DNA of 64,000 nt from an uncultured Actinomycetota bacterium. Lineage in GTDB: Bacteria > Actinomycetota > Thermoleophilia > Solirubrobacterales > Solirubrobacteraceae. Below the pieces are notes generated by a model. It saw only the letters and a program-made list of their open reading frames with translations. It ran no database searches and was not told where the DNA came from. Location: positions 175,994-239,993 of the forward strand of contig CAWBPG010000006.1 of NCBI GenBank assembly GCA_963790605.1, written 5' to 3'. The position numbers and the translations under genes are program-made. Shown in pieces: positions 45,305-56,381 of this stretch (position 1 is the stretch's first letter; each line of letters opens with the position of its first letter).

Positions 45305-46728
45305 ATGACCACATTTGCCGACCTCGGCCTCTCCGACACCATCCTCGAGGCGCTCAAGGATGTCGGCTACGACGCGCCCAGCCCCATCCAGGAGCAGGCG
45401 ATCCCGCCGCTGCTCGAGGGGCTGGACGTGATCGGCCAGGCGCAGACCGGCTCGGGCAAGACCGCGGCGTTCGGGCTGCCCATGCTCCAGTACGTCGATC
45501 CCGACGAGGGCGACGTCCAGGGTCTGGTCCTCACGCCGACCCGCGAGCTGTGCATCCAGGTCACCCAGGCGCTGCGCGCCTACGGCAAGCGCAAGGGCGT
45601 CGACGTGGTCGCGGTGTTCGGCGGCGCGCCCATCCGCAGCCAGCAGGCGCAGCTGCGTGCCGGCGGCCAGGTGGTCGTGGGCACCGTCGGGCGGGTCAAG
45701 GACCTCATCAGCCGCCACTCGCTGGTGCTGCACGCCTGCCGCTTCGTCGTCCTGGACGAGGCCGACGAGATGCTCGACCTCGGCTTCCTGGAGGACGTGG
45801 AGCGGATCCTCGCGCTGACGCCGTCCAGCCGGCAGACCGCGCTGTTCTCGGCCACGATGCCGCCGGAGATCCGGCGCCTCGCCGACCAGTACCTCTATGA
45901 CCCGGTCACGATCAAGGTCAAGACGGCCACGCTCACCGTCGACACGGTCGAGCAGTTCGCGCTCGAGGTCGCCGCCAGGGACAAGACCGAGGCGCTGGTC
46001 AACGTGCTGGAGGCCGAGCGGCCCGACCAGGCGCTCGTGTTCGTGCGCACCAAGATCCGCGCCGATCAGCTCTACCGCACGCTGCGCGACCGCGGCATGA
46101 ACGTCCGCGCGCTGCACGGCGACATGACCCAGGGCGCCCGCGACGGCGTGATGATCTCCTTCAAGGGCGGCAGCGTGCCGTTGCTGGTGGCCACCGACGT
46201 CGCCGCCCGCGGCCTGGACATCTCCGGCATCTCCCACGTCATCAACTACGACGTCCCCACCTCGCCCGACGTCTACGTGCACCGCATCGGGCGCACCGGC
46301 CGCGTCGGGCGCAGCGGCCGCGCCATCACCTTCTACGAGCCCCGCCAGGCGCGCGACATCCAGGCGATCGAGCGCCACGCGGGCGTCAAGCTCTCGCCCT
46401 GGGTCAAGGACGCGCACGTCGCGCCCACGCCGATCACGGCGCCGCCCCGCCGGCACTCCAAGCCGCGCGTGTCGGCCAACGGCGACGCGCCGTCGACGCA
46501 AGGTGATCGTCTCCGGCGGCCGCGCCGCCGGCCTCGAGCCATCGGACATCATCCACGCCATCACCGCCGCCACCCACCTCGACGGCGAGTCGGTCCGCAA
46601 CGTCCGGGTGCTGGAGCGCTTCGCGTTCGCCGAGGTGCCCGCAGAAGGACGCCGAGCGCGTGGTCGAGCAGACCGGCGGGACCGAGGTCCGCGGGCACGT
46701 GCTGCGCCTGGAGCTCGCGCGCACCTGA
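45305..46728 (+). CDS. DEAD-box RNA helicase with DbpA-type RNA-binding domain (frameshifted)
   Basis: QAQTGSGKT, PTREL, DEAD, SAT, ARGLD, HRIGRTGR. Confidence 0.92.
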
Positions 46729-46887
46729 GTCGACCGCGCGGCGCCGCGCCTGCAACTTCCCGCCCAAACGCGGCCCCCGCGTAAGCCCTGCGTCAGCGCC
46801 CGGACCGCCGGCCGCGACTTCGCGCGCGCGGGGTGTGTTGTGGAGGTGTACAGACCCCCAACCGACCCACTCACGGGAGGTAATTCC

Positions 46888-47578
46888 TTGCGATTGAAGT
46901 CCCTCATGAGCCGTCGGCCCTCTGCCGGCGATCGTGATCTCATCCGTCGCCCTGTTCATGTCGCTGGGCGGCGTCGGCTACGCCGCCATCTCGATCCCCA
47001 ACAACAGCGTCGGCACGGCCCAGCTGCAAGAACAACGCCGTCTCCTACAAGAAGATCCAGCCCGGCGCCGTCGGCATCGTGCGCGCCAACACCGGGCAGC
47101 TCCAGGTGCGCGTGAGCGGCACGTGCGCGACCGGGACGGCCATCGGGACCATCAACCAGGTCGGCAAGGTGACGTGCAACAACGCCCTGCCGTCGGAGTT
47201 CGGCACCACCAACAACACCGCGACGGTGACCTCGACCGCGGCGACGGTGACCAGCGTGGCGCTGCCCGCGGGCGCGTCCTACCTGGCGTTCGCCAACCCG
47301 ACGGCGACCGTCACCAGCGGCGCGGCCCACCGCAGCGCGTCACCGTGACCTGCACGCTGACCGTCGGCTCCAACACCGAGACGCGGTCGGTCGACTCATC
47401 GACACCACCGGCACCACCGGTGACGACGAGCATCGCGCTCGATCCCGCTGCAGGCCACGGGCCCGTCGGGCACCGGCTCGGTGAGCTGCACCAACGCGGT
47501 CCCGGTACCGGCGACCGCTCCGGCGACGTCAGCGTCACCTCGGCGATCAACGCGATCCAGACCGCCAGCAACAGCTAG
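46888..47578 (+). CDS. secreted hypothetical protein (frameshifted)
   Basis: RRPS..VIS.VALFMSLGGVGYAA signal; NSVGTAQL motif. Confidence 0.6.
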
Positions 47579-47655
47579 CGGCACCGCCCGGTCAAAGCGG
47601 GTGGGCGCCGGGGGCCGGCGCCCACCCGGCCGCACCGGCCATCTAGTCTCGGGCC

Positions 47656-48123
47656 ATGAGCACAGCCAACATGAACACCAGCGCTGGGCACCATCGCGCT
47701 CGAGTTCTTCGACGACGATGCCCCCAAGACGGTCGAGAACTTCCGCAAGCTGGCCTCCGACGGCTTCTACGACGGGATCATCTTCCACCGGGTGATCCCG
47801 GACTTCATGATCCAGGGCGGGTGCCCGCAGGGGACCGGCACCGGCGGTCCCGGCTACACCTTCGAGGACGAGTTCAACCAGCACAAGGTGGTGCGCGGGG
47901 CGCTGGCGATGGCCAACGCCGGGCCCCAACACCAACGGCTCGCAGTTCTTCATCGTCACCACCGACAGCGCGCCGTGGCTGGACGGCAAGCACACCGTGT
48001 TCGGCCAGGTCACGGCCGGGATGGACGCGGTCGACGCGATCGAGGCGACCCCGACCGGCTGCGCAGGATCGCCCGCTCGACCCGCCGACGATCGAGTCGA
48101 TCGAGCTGGACCCCGCCGCTTGA
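47656..48123 (+). CDS. cyclophilin-type peptidyl-prolyl isomerase (frameshifted)
   Basis: [44 protein letters not shown]. Confidence 0.92.
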   Translation: MSTANMNTSAGHHRARVLRRRCPQDGRELPQAGLRRLLRRDHLPPGDPGLHDPGRVPAGDRHRRSRLHLRGRVQPAQGGARGAGDGQRRAPTPTARSSSSSPPTARRGWTASTPCSARSRPGWTRSTRSRRPRPAAQDRPLDPPTIESIELDPAA

Positions 48124-48195
48124 TGCTCGGCGCTGACTGCGATCAGCACTGGCGCAACTCGGGTCCCGTTCCGGGTATAGGAAGGTCGGAGAGCG

Positions 48196-49494
48196 ATGCG
48201 ACGGGTCTGGAGCACAGCCAGGAAGCACTTGGTTCGCGGGGGTCTGCACCGCGCGGCCATCCTTGTGCCGGGCGTGGCTGGGCTGCTCACGGCCGCGGTG
48301 ATGTCGGCGACCGCGGCGACCGCGCCGGCTCCGAGCACGCTGAGCGCCAACGGCGTGCTGACCTACCCCACTACCTCCAATCGCCCGACGGCCACTTCCA
48401 CGTGGTCATGGAGAGCAACGGCAACCTGGTGGAGACGATCGCCGGCGGCCGCACGCTGTGGTCGACGGGCACCTCCAAGTACCCGGGCGCCCGCGCGGTG
48501 ATGCAGGTCAACGGCAACCTCGTCATCTACGACCCCACCGACACCGCCGTGTGGAGCTCCAACAGCCCCACGGGGGCTGCCCGCGGCTCGTCGCTCCAGA
48601 ACGACGGCAACCTCGTCATCTACGGCAACACCGCGGCCAGCTGGTCGGACGCCGAGCCGGGTCAACAAGATGATCAAGGGGGACGTGCTGAAGCCCGGCT
48701 GGAGCCTGTATTCCAAGGCGCCCGAGGACTACCGGCTGACGATGCTGGCCGACGGCAACCTCGCGCTGTTCGACGGCTCGGGCACCGAGCTGTGGTCAAC
48801 CAAGACCTACGGCCATGCCGGCGCCTACGCCTCGATGCAGACCGACGGCAACCTCGTCGTCTACGACAAGACCGGGCACGTCCTGTGGTCAAGCGCCACC
48901 AACGGCCACCCCGGCTCCCACCTGGAGATGCTCGGCGACGGCAACGTCGACATCATCGCCCCCGGCGGCACGGTCATGTGGCGCAGCAAGACCTACCACA
49001 AGGGGTCCGGCGTGTCGCTGGCCCCCAGGGCACCCGCGCCGGTGACCTGTCCCGCCCCCCAACCGCCCGCGCCGCCGGTGACGACGACGACCACGACGAC
49101 GGCCCCGGTGGTCACGGTGCCGGTGCCGGTGCCGATCCCGACGCCCAAGCCGCGCACGCGGACAGCTGCGGATCAGGCTGACGATCAGCTGGACCTTCGA
49201 ACGCGCCACCACCCGCGTGCGCAGGGTCAAGGTCGGGACCTTCCCGGGGCGGACCAAGCTCCAGGTCCAGTGCAAGGGCCGCGGGTGCCCGCGCCACCGC
49301 GGCAAGGACATCGCCACTGGCATCCGCGGCGTGCACCACCTCCTGCACGCGCTGGTGGGCCGGCGCTACCGAGGCCGGCAACAAGCTCATCCTCACGCTC
49401 CAGGCGCCGGGCTACCGCGAGGAGCGGGCGGAGCTCGACATCCGCTGGGGCCGCCAAGCCCAGCGTCAGAGCTGCTGCGCTGATCAACCCTTGA
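48196..49494 (+). CDS. secreted bulb-type mannose-binding lectin protein with CxGxxCP C-terminal domain (frameshifted)
   Basis: Repeated QxDGNLVxY..W.S motifs (about six). Confidence 0.8.
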
Positions 49495-51091
49495 TCGTGG
49501 GCAGCGGGCGGGCGTAGCGGCTGGGGTCGCCGAGCGCCTGCGCGGTGTAGCGCCGCGCGCCGATGTAGTGGCGCCTGGAACGGCGGGTCGGCGATCGAGG
49601 CGAGCTTCACGCCGCCGCCGCCCGGCGCGGCGGTGACGAAGCGGCCGTTGCCGACGTACAGCCCCACATGGTCGACGTAGCCGTCGCGCTCGGCGAAGAA
49701 GACGGCGTCGCCCGGCTTCAGGTGCTGCTCGGAGACCGGGATGCCGATGTCGAACTGCTGGGCGGCCACCTTGGGCAGCTGGACGCCCTGCTGGGCGTAG
49801 GCGTACTGGACCATCTCCGCCGACGTCGGGCCGGTGTCGAGGCTGGATCCGGCGCTGCCCGCCGCCGGTGAAGTGCATGGCCACCTTCAGCGCCGCCTGG
49901 CCGACGGGCACTGGGGGTGGCGCGGGCGACGGCGGCGCGCCGCCGGCGCGCCCGAGGTCAGGTCGGCGCCGCGCAGCAGCGCCTGCGCGGTGGAGAGCTG
50001 GAGCTGGTAGCGATAGCGGTACTGCGCGGCCGGCTGCTCGACGTCGGCCACCCACTCGCCCCAGCTGTTGGGATTGTCGGCGAGCTCCGGGTACTGGCTC
50101 TTGACCGCGACGGCGTGGTCGATGAACCACTGGATCTGCAGCTGCGGGTTGCTGGGGTAGCCGGCGTAGGCCCCCTGGTCCCAGATGCCCAGCCGCATCT
50201 GGAAGAAGCCGACGGAGTCACGGTCCCCGTAGGACAGGTTGCGCAGCCCCGACTCGGTGAGCGCGGCCATCACCGGGAGCTCCGGCGGCAGCCCGGCCTT
50301 CTGGGCGCTGGCGCCCATCCACGCGGCGATCTGCTGCGGCGTGGCCTGGTCGCCGGGGTACACCGGTCCGCCGTCGGCCGGCTCGGGTGTGGCCGGCGCC
50401 GTGGGCGCGACGTCGGCGGGGTGGTGCTGTCGCAGACCGGCGCCGCCGACCCGATCCACGGCCTGCGGACCCACCGCCGGCGTGCTGGCCGCCGCCCGCG
50501 TGTCGGCCCCCGGCTCCTTCGGATGCCGTGACCAGCCGGGCGCCCTGCGAAGGCGTCTGCATCGCGGCGGGCTGGGCGGCCGAGGCCGCCTCGGGCTGTG
50601 GCGCGCTGGTCGGCGTCGCGCTCGCGGCGGCGCGGCTGCCGGGGAGCGACGCGGCCGCCGGGCTGGGCGCCTTGGGCTGGGGCTGGGCCAGCGCCGGGGT
50701 CTCGGCCGGGGGTGCGAAGTCGGGCTTGGCCGGCTGGTGCGGCGCCGCCTCGTGGACCGGCTTGGGAGCCGCCTGGTGGGGGTGCTGCATGAGCTGGTGG
50801 ATGGCCGCGCCGGCGTCGTGGGCGAGCGCCGGGGCGGCGTGCTCGGCGAACTGGGCCAGATCGACGCCCTCGGCGGCCGCGGCGACCATCACCCCGGCGA
50901 GGCTCGAGCGCGACTCGCGCATGCTCCAGCGTCATCAGCGCCCGCCCGCCGTGTCCGAGGCCGGCGGCGAGCTCCGGCAGGCCGGCCTCGGTCAGCACAC
51001 CGGCGGCGTCGTTGCGAAACCGCCGGCGCAGCTGCGGGTCGCCCAGCAGCCGCTCCAGCAGCTCGACGCTGCGCTCGACCTCGTCAGGCAT
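49484..51091 (-). CDS. cell-wall protein: helical N-terminus + lysozyme-like domain + NlpC/P60-like domain (frameshifted)
   Basis: MAALTESGLRNL.YGDRDSVGFFQMR; VQYAY..GV.LP..A.QQ..L.PGD.VFF..HVGLY.G.G. Confidence 0.75.
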
Positions 51092-51205
51092 GCGCTCGCC
51101 ATCATCGGACAAGTATCTCCCCAATCCACCGGTTTTGCACCGTATATCCGCCGATCGCAGCGCACAACGTGTGAAACGCTCTCATCGCCGGGGTACTATT
51201 CTGAC

Positions 51206-51638
51206 GTGCGATTGGCAGGGACAGCCATCATCTGCATCGTGGCGGCGTTTGGTGCTGCGTTCCTCGTGGCTCGTGCGGTCAACCACGAGACGCCGGCCCG
51301 CGCCGCGACACCGCCCACGCAGCCCACGCGCGCCGCGAGTGCCGTGACCACCCGGCCGCCCAAGGTCAACGTCGAGCTGGTCTCGCAGTTCTCGCCGATC
51401 AAGGGATCGAAGCTCAAGCCGCGTCCCAAGCCGAAGCCCAAGCACAAGAAGGCCAAGCCCAAGCCGCACGTCTCCGTCGCGCCGGCCGCGGCCAGCACCA
51501 ACGACCACCGCGCCGTGACGCCCACCCCGACGTACACCGCGCCGGCCTACAGCGCGCCGCCCGCTCCCACGCATAGCTCGCCGACGCACACAAGAAGAGC
51601 GCGGCGGCGGCTCGGGCACCACGACGATCGGCGGCTGA
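51206..51638 (+). CDS. small membrane-anchored Pro/Lys-rich hypothetical protein
   Basis: N-terminal TM, KPKPK stretch, ends GGGSGTTTIGG after a frameshift. Confidence 0.5.
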
Positions 51639-51662
51639 CGCCGAGCTCGCCCGCGGGGGCGG

Positions 51663-52316
51663 CTACAGCTCGTCGGTCCGGATGGCGCCGCTGGACAGCG
51701 CGCGCTCGGCCAGGAGCAGCCGCTTCTGGTTCTGCGGCGCCTCCTCGAGGCCGAACCGCGTGAACAGGACGCGGAGATGGCCCTTGACCGCCGACAGGCT
51801 GAGCACCAGCTCGGCGGCGATCTGCTCGTTGGTCGCCGGCGCCGCCGACTCCTCCGCGGCCAGCGGCCGGCACAGCTCGACCAGGACTCGCCGCTGGGCC
51901 TCGGAGACCGACGGCGCGGAGAGCGTGGGCACCGAGATCGTGGCCAGCACCGGCTCGGGCTCGGGATGCCGGAAGCCCAGGACGGTGTCCCCGACCCCGA
52001 TCACGTCGCCATCGCGCAGCGTGCGCTGCCCGCGCAGCCGCTCGCCGTTGATGAACGTCCCGTTGCGCGAGAGGCCGTCGTCCTCGATCGTCCAGCGCGG
52101 GCCGCGACGCTCCAGATGGGCGTGGACCCCCGAGACGCGCGGATCCCACCCGATCTCCAGGTCGCTGCCCGGGGCGCGCCCCAGCACGAGGCGGTCGCCG
52201 TCGAGGGTCACCACCACCTGATCGCCGCTGTCGTCGCGCAGGAACAGAAACGGGTCGCCGCGCCGCGCTGCGTGAATCAGGGTCTGCAACTCCGTCGCAC
52301 TGACGGCGGCTCCCAA
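51663..52316 (-). CDS. FHA domain + LuxR-like HTH regulator
   Basis: LGR..D.RVSGVHA..D.GLSRNGTF.NG; ATNEQIAAEL.LS..AVK.HL. Confidence 0.85.
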   Translation of the reverse strand: MGAAVSATELQTLIHAARRGDPFLFLRDDSGDQVVVTLDGDRLVLGRAPGSDLEIGWDPRVSGVHAHLERRGPRWTIEDDGLSRNGTFINGERLRGQRTLRDGDVIGVGDTVLGFRHPEPEPVLATISVPTLSAPSVSEAQRRVLVELCRPLAAEESAAPATNEQIAAELVLSLSAVKGHLRVLFTRFGLEEAPQNQKRLLLAERALSSGAIRTDEL

Positions 52317-52442
52317 GACCGCCCTTTCCTGAGCCCGCACCCGGCCAGCGTACAAGGTGGCGCGGGCGCGACGGATCGAGGCACCGGCCCAATGCACCGC
52401 GCGCCGGCCTGACGGGCCGGCGCGGCTCCGGCCGTGCGGGGC

Positions 52443-53541
52443 TCATAGCCCGGCCGGATGCAGAACCGTGTTGAACGATCCCAGGTAGGCCGCGCTGGGG
52501 CTGAACTGGTGCACGAACGGCGCCCCGCCGCTCGCGCTCCCCCCGCCCGATTCGTAGAAGCGACCGTTGATGTTGATGATCACGTGCTCGTTGGCGCCAC
52601 ACCCGGTGCGGTCGTAGATCGTCACGTACCGGCCGGGGCCGGACGCGATCCCCGGCTGGCTGGCAAAACCCTCGGTGGTCACCGCGCCGTTGAGATAGCC
52701 GCCGGATCGCAGCACCGCCGACACGAACCCCGAGCAGTCCAGGCCGCCGCCGGCACCGATGCCCGCCGCCAGAGACATAGGGCGTGCCGAGCAGGCCATC
52801 GGCCGCGCGGATCATCGCCTCGATCCGTTGGCGCTCCTCGGGTGAGAGCCGGTTCGCCGTCCGGCGCCGCCGATCGGCGTCATCTGCCAGACCGCGCCCT
52901 TGACTCCCGACAGGGTGCCGTTGGGGCCGTTGACGTGCTTGCCCTGGCCGGACTGCGGACGCACCGGTGCCGTGCGCTGCGCGGCCTCCACCGTGGCGCG
53001 GCACAGGCTGCGCGCGGTGTCGAACTCCTCGAGCAGGGTGAATGCGCGCGAGCGAAGCGCCGTTGGCCTCGGCGTGGTAGCCCGTCCAGCGCGCCGGCGC
53101 GCCTGGGCGACGGCGAGCTCGGCCTGGCGCAGATCGTTGAACGAGATCGGGTGGCCGGGGGTCATGCCGTTCTGCGCGTTGGTCGCGGCCGTGCGTGCGG
53201 TGCCGATCTGGGTGCCGAGATCGTTGAGCTGGCCCACGACCTTGACGAACTCGCTCTGCGCCAGCGCCAGGGTCACCTCGTAGTCGCTGAGCGCGGTGGC
53301 GACGGCTGAGTAGCCCCGCCTGATGTGTTCGAGCTCGGACGGCACGTGGCCGATCGCGTCGCGGAACGAGTCGGCGGCATGTCCCGTCCAGGTCCCGTCC
53401 TCGCGGGCGGCGAGCAGGCCGGTGGCGGTCATCGCCGCCTCCTGGGCGGCGGTGTGGAAGGCGGAGGCCAGCGCGCTGATGTCGGCCGGCACCGCCGCCA
53501 GCAGGTCTTCGGCCCGGGGGTCGGTGAGCGGATCGAGTCAC
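52443..53541 (-). CDS. WXG100-like T7SS substrate with C-terminal NlpC/P60-type peptidase (frameshifted)
   Basis: WTG.AADSF helical N-terminus; TPYVSGGGH, LDCSGFVSAVL, EHV, YES. Confidence 0.75.
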
Positions 53542-53547
53542 CGCTCC

Positions 53548-53606
53548 AGTATCAGGGGCGACTGCGGTCGCGGAAAGTGACCCGAGGTATCGAGTTCGTC
53601 ATACCT
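53548..53606 (-). promoter_or_regulatory. T7SS substrate promoter/operator, copy A
   Basis: +strand agtatcagg-N20-gtgacccgaggtat-N10-atacc; -10-like GATACT 6 nt before GTG. Confidence 0.65.
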
Positions 53607-53630
53607 GCGCGTGGCGTCGAGGCGGCGCGG

Positions 53631-54995
53631 TTAACGCAGCAGCCGCGCGGAGGGCTTGCGGCCGTTCCTGATGGCCAGGACGATGCGCTCGGCCGCGTGG
53701 CGCGGTGCGGTGACGGTGATGAGCAGCGACTGCCCGGCTCTCAGTCGTCGTCCCCCGAGCTTGCGCAGCATCGTCGCCACCTTGCGGGGCCCCTTCGCGC
53801 TGGCCCGGAGCCGCGGGACAGTGCTTGCCGGCGCAGCGAACGCTGACACGGGCGTTGCGGGGCAGGTTCTTGACACGCAGATGAGCGCAGCAGCGTGGTC
53901 GTCCCGGCCCAGCGCCAGGAGATGACGAAGCGGGCGTGCAGCGCACGGCGGCCCGAGGGAGCGGGCGTGGTCTGCGGGTTGGACGTGGTGATCGTCTGGT
54001 CGAGCACGGACTGGCTGTTGCCCGCGGCGTCGGTCACGGACACCGCCAGCTCGTGCTTGCCGTCGGGGAAGCCGGCCGTCGGGATCGGGATCGAGACGGC
54101 TTCGGCCGCCGGGCAGGGCTGCTGCTCGTCGAACATGAGCACCCCCGACGCCGGGCCCACTGAGACACACGCCCCGCTGTTGGTGTTGGGCGTCCCGGAC
54201 CACACCGTCTGACCGTCGATCGTCGCGGTGACCGAGTACACCCCGGGGCCGCTCGTGTCAGTGGCGGTGAAGAGCAGGTTCCCGGTGCCGCGCACCCCCG
54301 GCTCCAGGGCGGTGCCGCTGAAGCCGCTCGCCGCCGGGACCGCGTCGTTGCTCAACGTGAACTGCGCCCAGTGGACCTGGACGCTGGACCAGGGGCTGGT
54401 TGCGGTGCCACCGGTCTCGTGCTCGCTGCAAGTCGTGCCAGGGCCGCCGCCACACGTCGCCTGGGCGACGAAGTCCCCGCCGGTGTCGGACGGCAGGTAG
54501 ATGCTGCCCGTGGTGTCGTTGGGGCTGGACGGCGGGCCGCACGCTCCCAGTGACCACGCGCACTGGAAGAAGACGTCGGACGGATACGCCAGCGCGGGCT
54601 CGTAGAGCACGGCGTTCCCCGAGGCGGTGCCGCCGCTGTCAGCGGTCAGCGTCATGTTGACCACGCCCCCGACCAGCTTCGAGCCGTCCGGCGGCTGGTA
54701 CTGCACGTACTCGCTGTCGCCGACCTTCGCCGCCCCACCGATGGGCGACAGCTCGCCGTACATGGGACACTGCGCGCTCCCGCTCGAGCCGGCCTCGGGA
54801 GTCCCGGTGGAGCCGGCCGACCAGCCCTCGCTGGGCGCGGGCGAGCCGTCGGGGTTGGCGCAGGACACCTGAATCCACGTCCCGGCATGCGCCGGCGCGG
54901 CCGCCAGCAACATTGCGCCCACACACAAGAACGGCGGCCAGCATGGCCCCCGGTCGGGCACGGCGTGCTGGGTGGGTAAGCGCCGACGCGGTCAT
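53631..54995 (-). CDS. secreted Cys-rich beta protein with CxGxxCP C-terminal domain, paralog 2 (frameshifted)
   Basis: Signal ..APAHAGTWIQVSC.NPDGS; Ig-like VTDAAGN. Confidence 0.7.
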
Positions 54996-56344
54996 CGCAC
55001 GAGGCGGGCGCTGGGCTTGAGGCCGTTGCGGATCCGGACGGCGATCCGCTCGGCGGTATGGCGCGGTGCGGTGACGGTGATGAACAGCGACTGCCCGGCT
55101 CGCAGCCGCCGGCCCCCGAGCTTGCGCAGGATCGTCGCCACCTTCCGGGGGCCTTTGGCGCTGGCCCGCAGCCGCGGACAGTGCGTGCCGGCGCAGCGGA
55201 CGCGACGCGGGCGTTGCGGGGCAGGTTCTTGACGCGGACCGAGCGCAGAAGCGTGGTCGTCCCGCTCCAGCGCCAGCTGATGACGAAGCGGGCGTGCAGC
55301 GCATGGCGCCCCGAGGGGTTCGGCGTGGTCTGCGGGTTGGAGGTGGTGATGTTCTGATCGAGGACCGTGGAGCTGTTGCCGGCAGCGTCGGTCACCGTCA
55401 CCGCGAGCTCGTGCGGAGCCGTCGGGGAGGCCCGCCGTGGGAACTGGGACGTCGACCACCTCGCTGGTCAGGCACGGCTGCTGATAGTCGAACATGAGCG
55501 CGCCGGTGCTCGAATCGGTCCCCACCGGGACACACTTGCCCCCGTTGGCGTTCGGCGTCCCGCTGAACACGGTCTGTCCGTCGATCGCGACCGAAGCGGC
55601 GTAGATCCCGGGCCCCGCCGGTTCGGCGGCGGTGAAGACGAGGTGCGCCGTGCCGCGGACCCCGGGCTGGAGCGCGCTGCCGGTGAACCCAGCTCCGGTC
55701 GGTGACTCGCTGCTGGAGAGGAGCAGATGGGCCCACATCACCTGCGTCAGCGCCCAGGCGTTGTTCTTGGCGTTCGTGTCGCAGGCGGTGCCGGTCTCGA
55801 GGCGCAGTTCGCGCCGCGATGAGGTTGCCTGGGCGTCGTTGGGCAGCGTGACCACTGCCGCTGAAGTCGGGGCCGGAGCCGCAGGCCTGACCGAACAGGC
55901 GACGCAGTGGAAGAAGACCGTTGCTGACCGACGGCTCGAACAGCTGCGACTCAGCCCACGGCGGTCGGCGCGCCCTCGGCAAGGCCGTACCCGTCCGCGG
56001 ACATGTTGACGTCGACTGAGCCGCCGACGAGCGTCGATCCGGCCGGCGGCTGGTAGGTCAGGAGCTCCATCGATTGGCCGCGGCGCCGCCGCGAGCGACG
56101 CTGAGCTCCGCCACCATCGGCGTGCCCGGAGAGCACTGGGTGCTGGCGATGCCGCCCAGGGTCGGCCGGACCCGAGGCGCTGGTGCGTCCACCCCTCAGC
56201 CGGCGCGGCCGAGCCGTCCGGGTTCACGCAGGAGACCTGCATCCACGTCCCGGCGCGCGCAGGCGCCGCCGCCACGCACGCCACGATGAGTGCGGCCAAC
56301 CCCGGCCCGATGATGCCCCGTCGTCCGATGACTCTCCTGATCAA
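54992..56344 (-). CDS. secreted Cys-rich beta protein with CxGxxCP C-terminal domain, paralog 1 (frameshifted)
   Basis: APARAGTWMQVSC.NPDGS; C-terminus nearly identical to paralog 2. Confidence 0.7.
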   Translation of the reverse strand: MIRRVIGRRGIIGPGLAALIVACVAAAPARAGTWMQVSCVNPDGSAAPAEGWTHQRLGSGRPWAASPAPSALRARRWWRSSASLAAAPRPIDGAPDLPAAGRIDARRRLSRRQHVRGRVRPCRGRADRRGLSRSCSSRRSATVFFHCVACSVRPAAPAPTSAAVVTLPNDAQATSSRRELRLETGTACDTNAKNNAWALTQVMWAHLLLSSSESPTGAGFTGSALQPGVRGTAHLVFTAAEPAGPGIYAASVAIDGQTVFSGTPNANGGKCVPVGTDSSTGALMFDYQQPCLTSEVVDVPVPTAGLPDGSARARGDGDRRCRQQLHGPRSEHHHLQPADHAEPLGAPCAARPLRHQLALERDDHASALGPRQEPAPQRPRRVRCAGTHCPRLRASAKGPRKVATILRKLGGRRLRAGQSLFITVTAPRHTAERIAVRIRNGLKPSARLVR

Positions 56345-56381
56345 GCGCGCCGAATTCTAGACGTGCGCCGACGCGGCGGAG

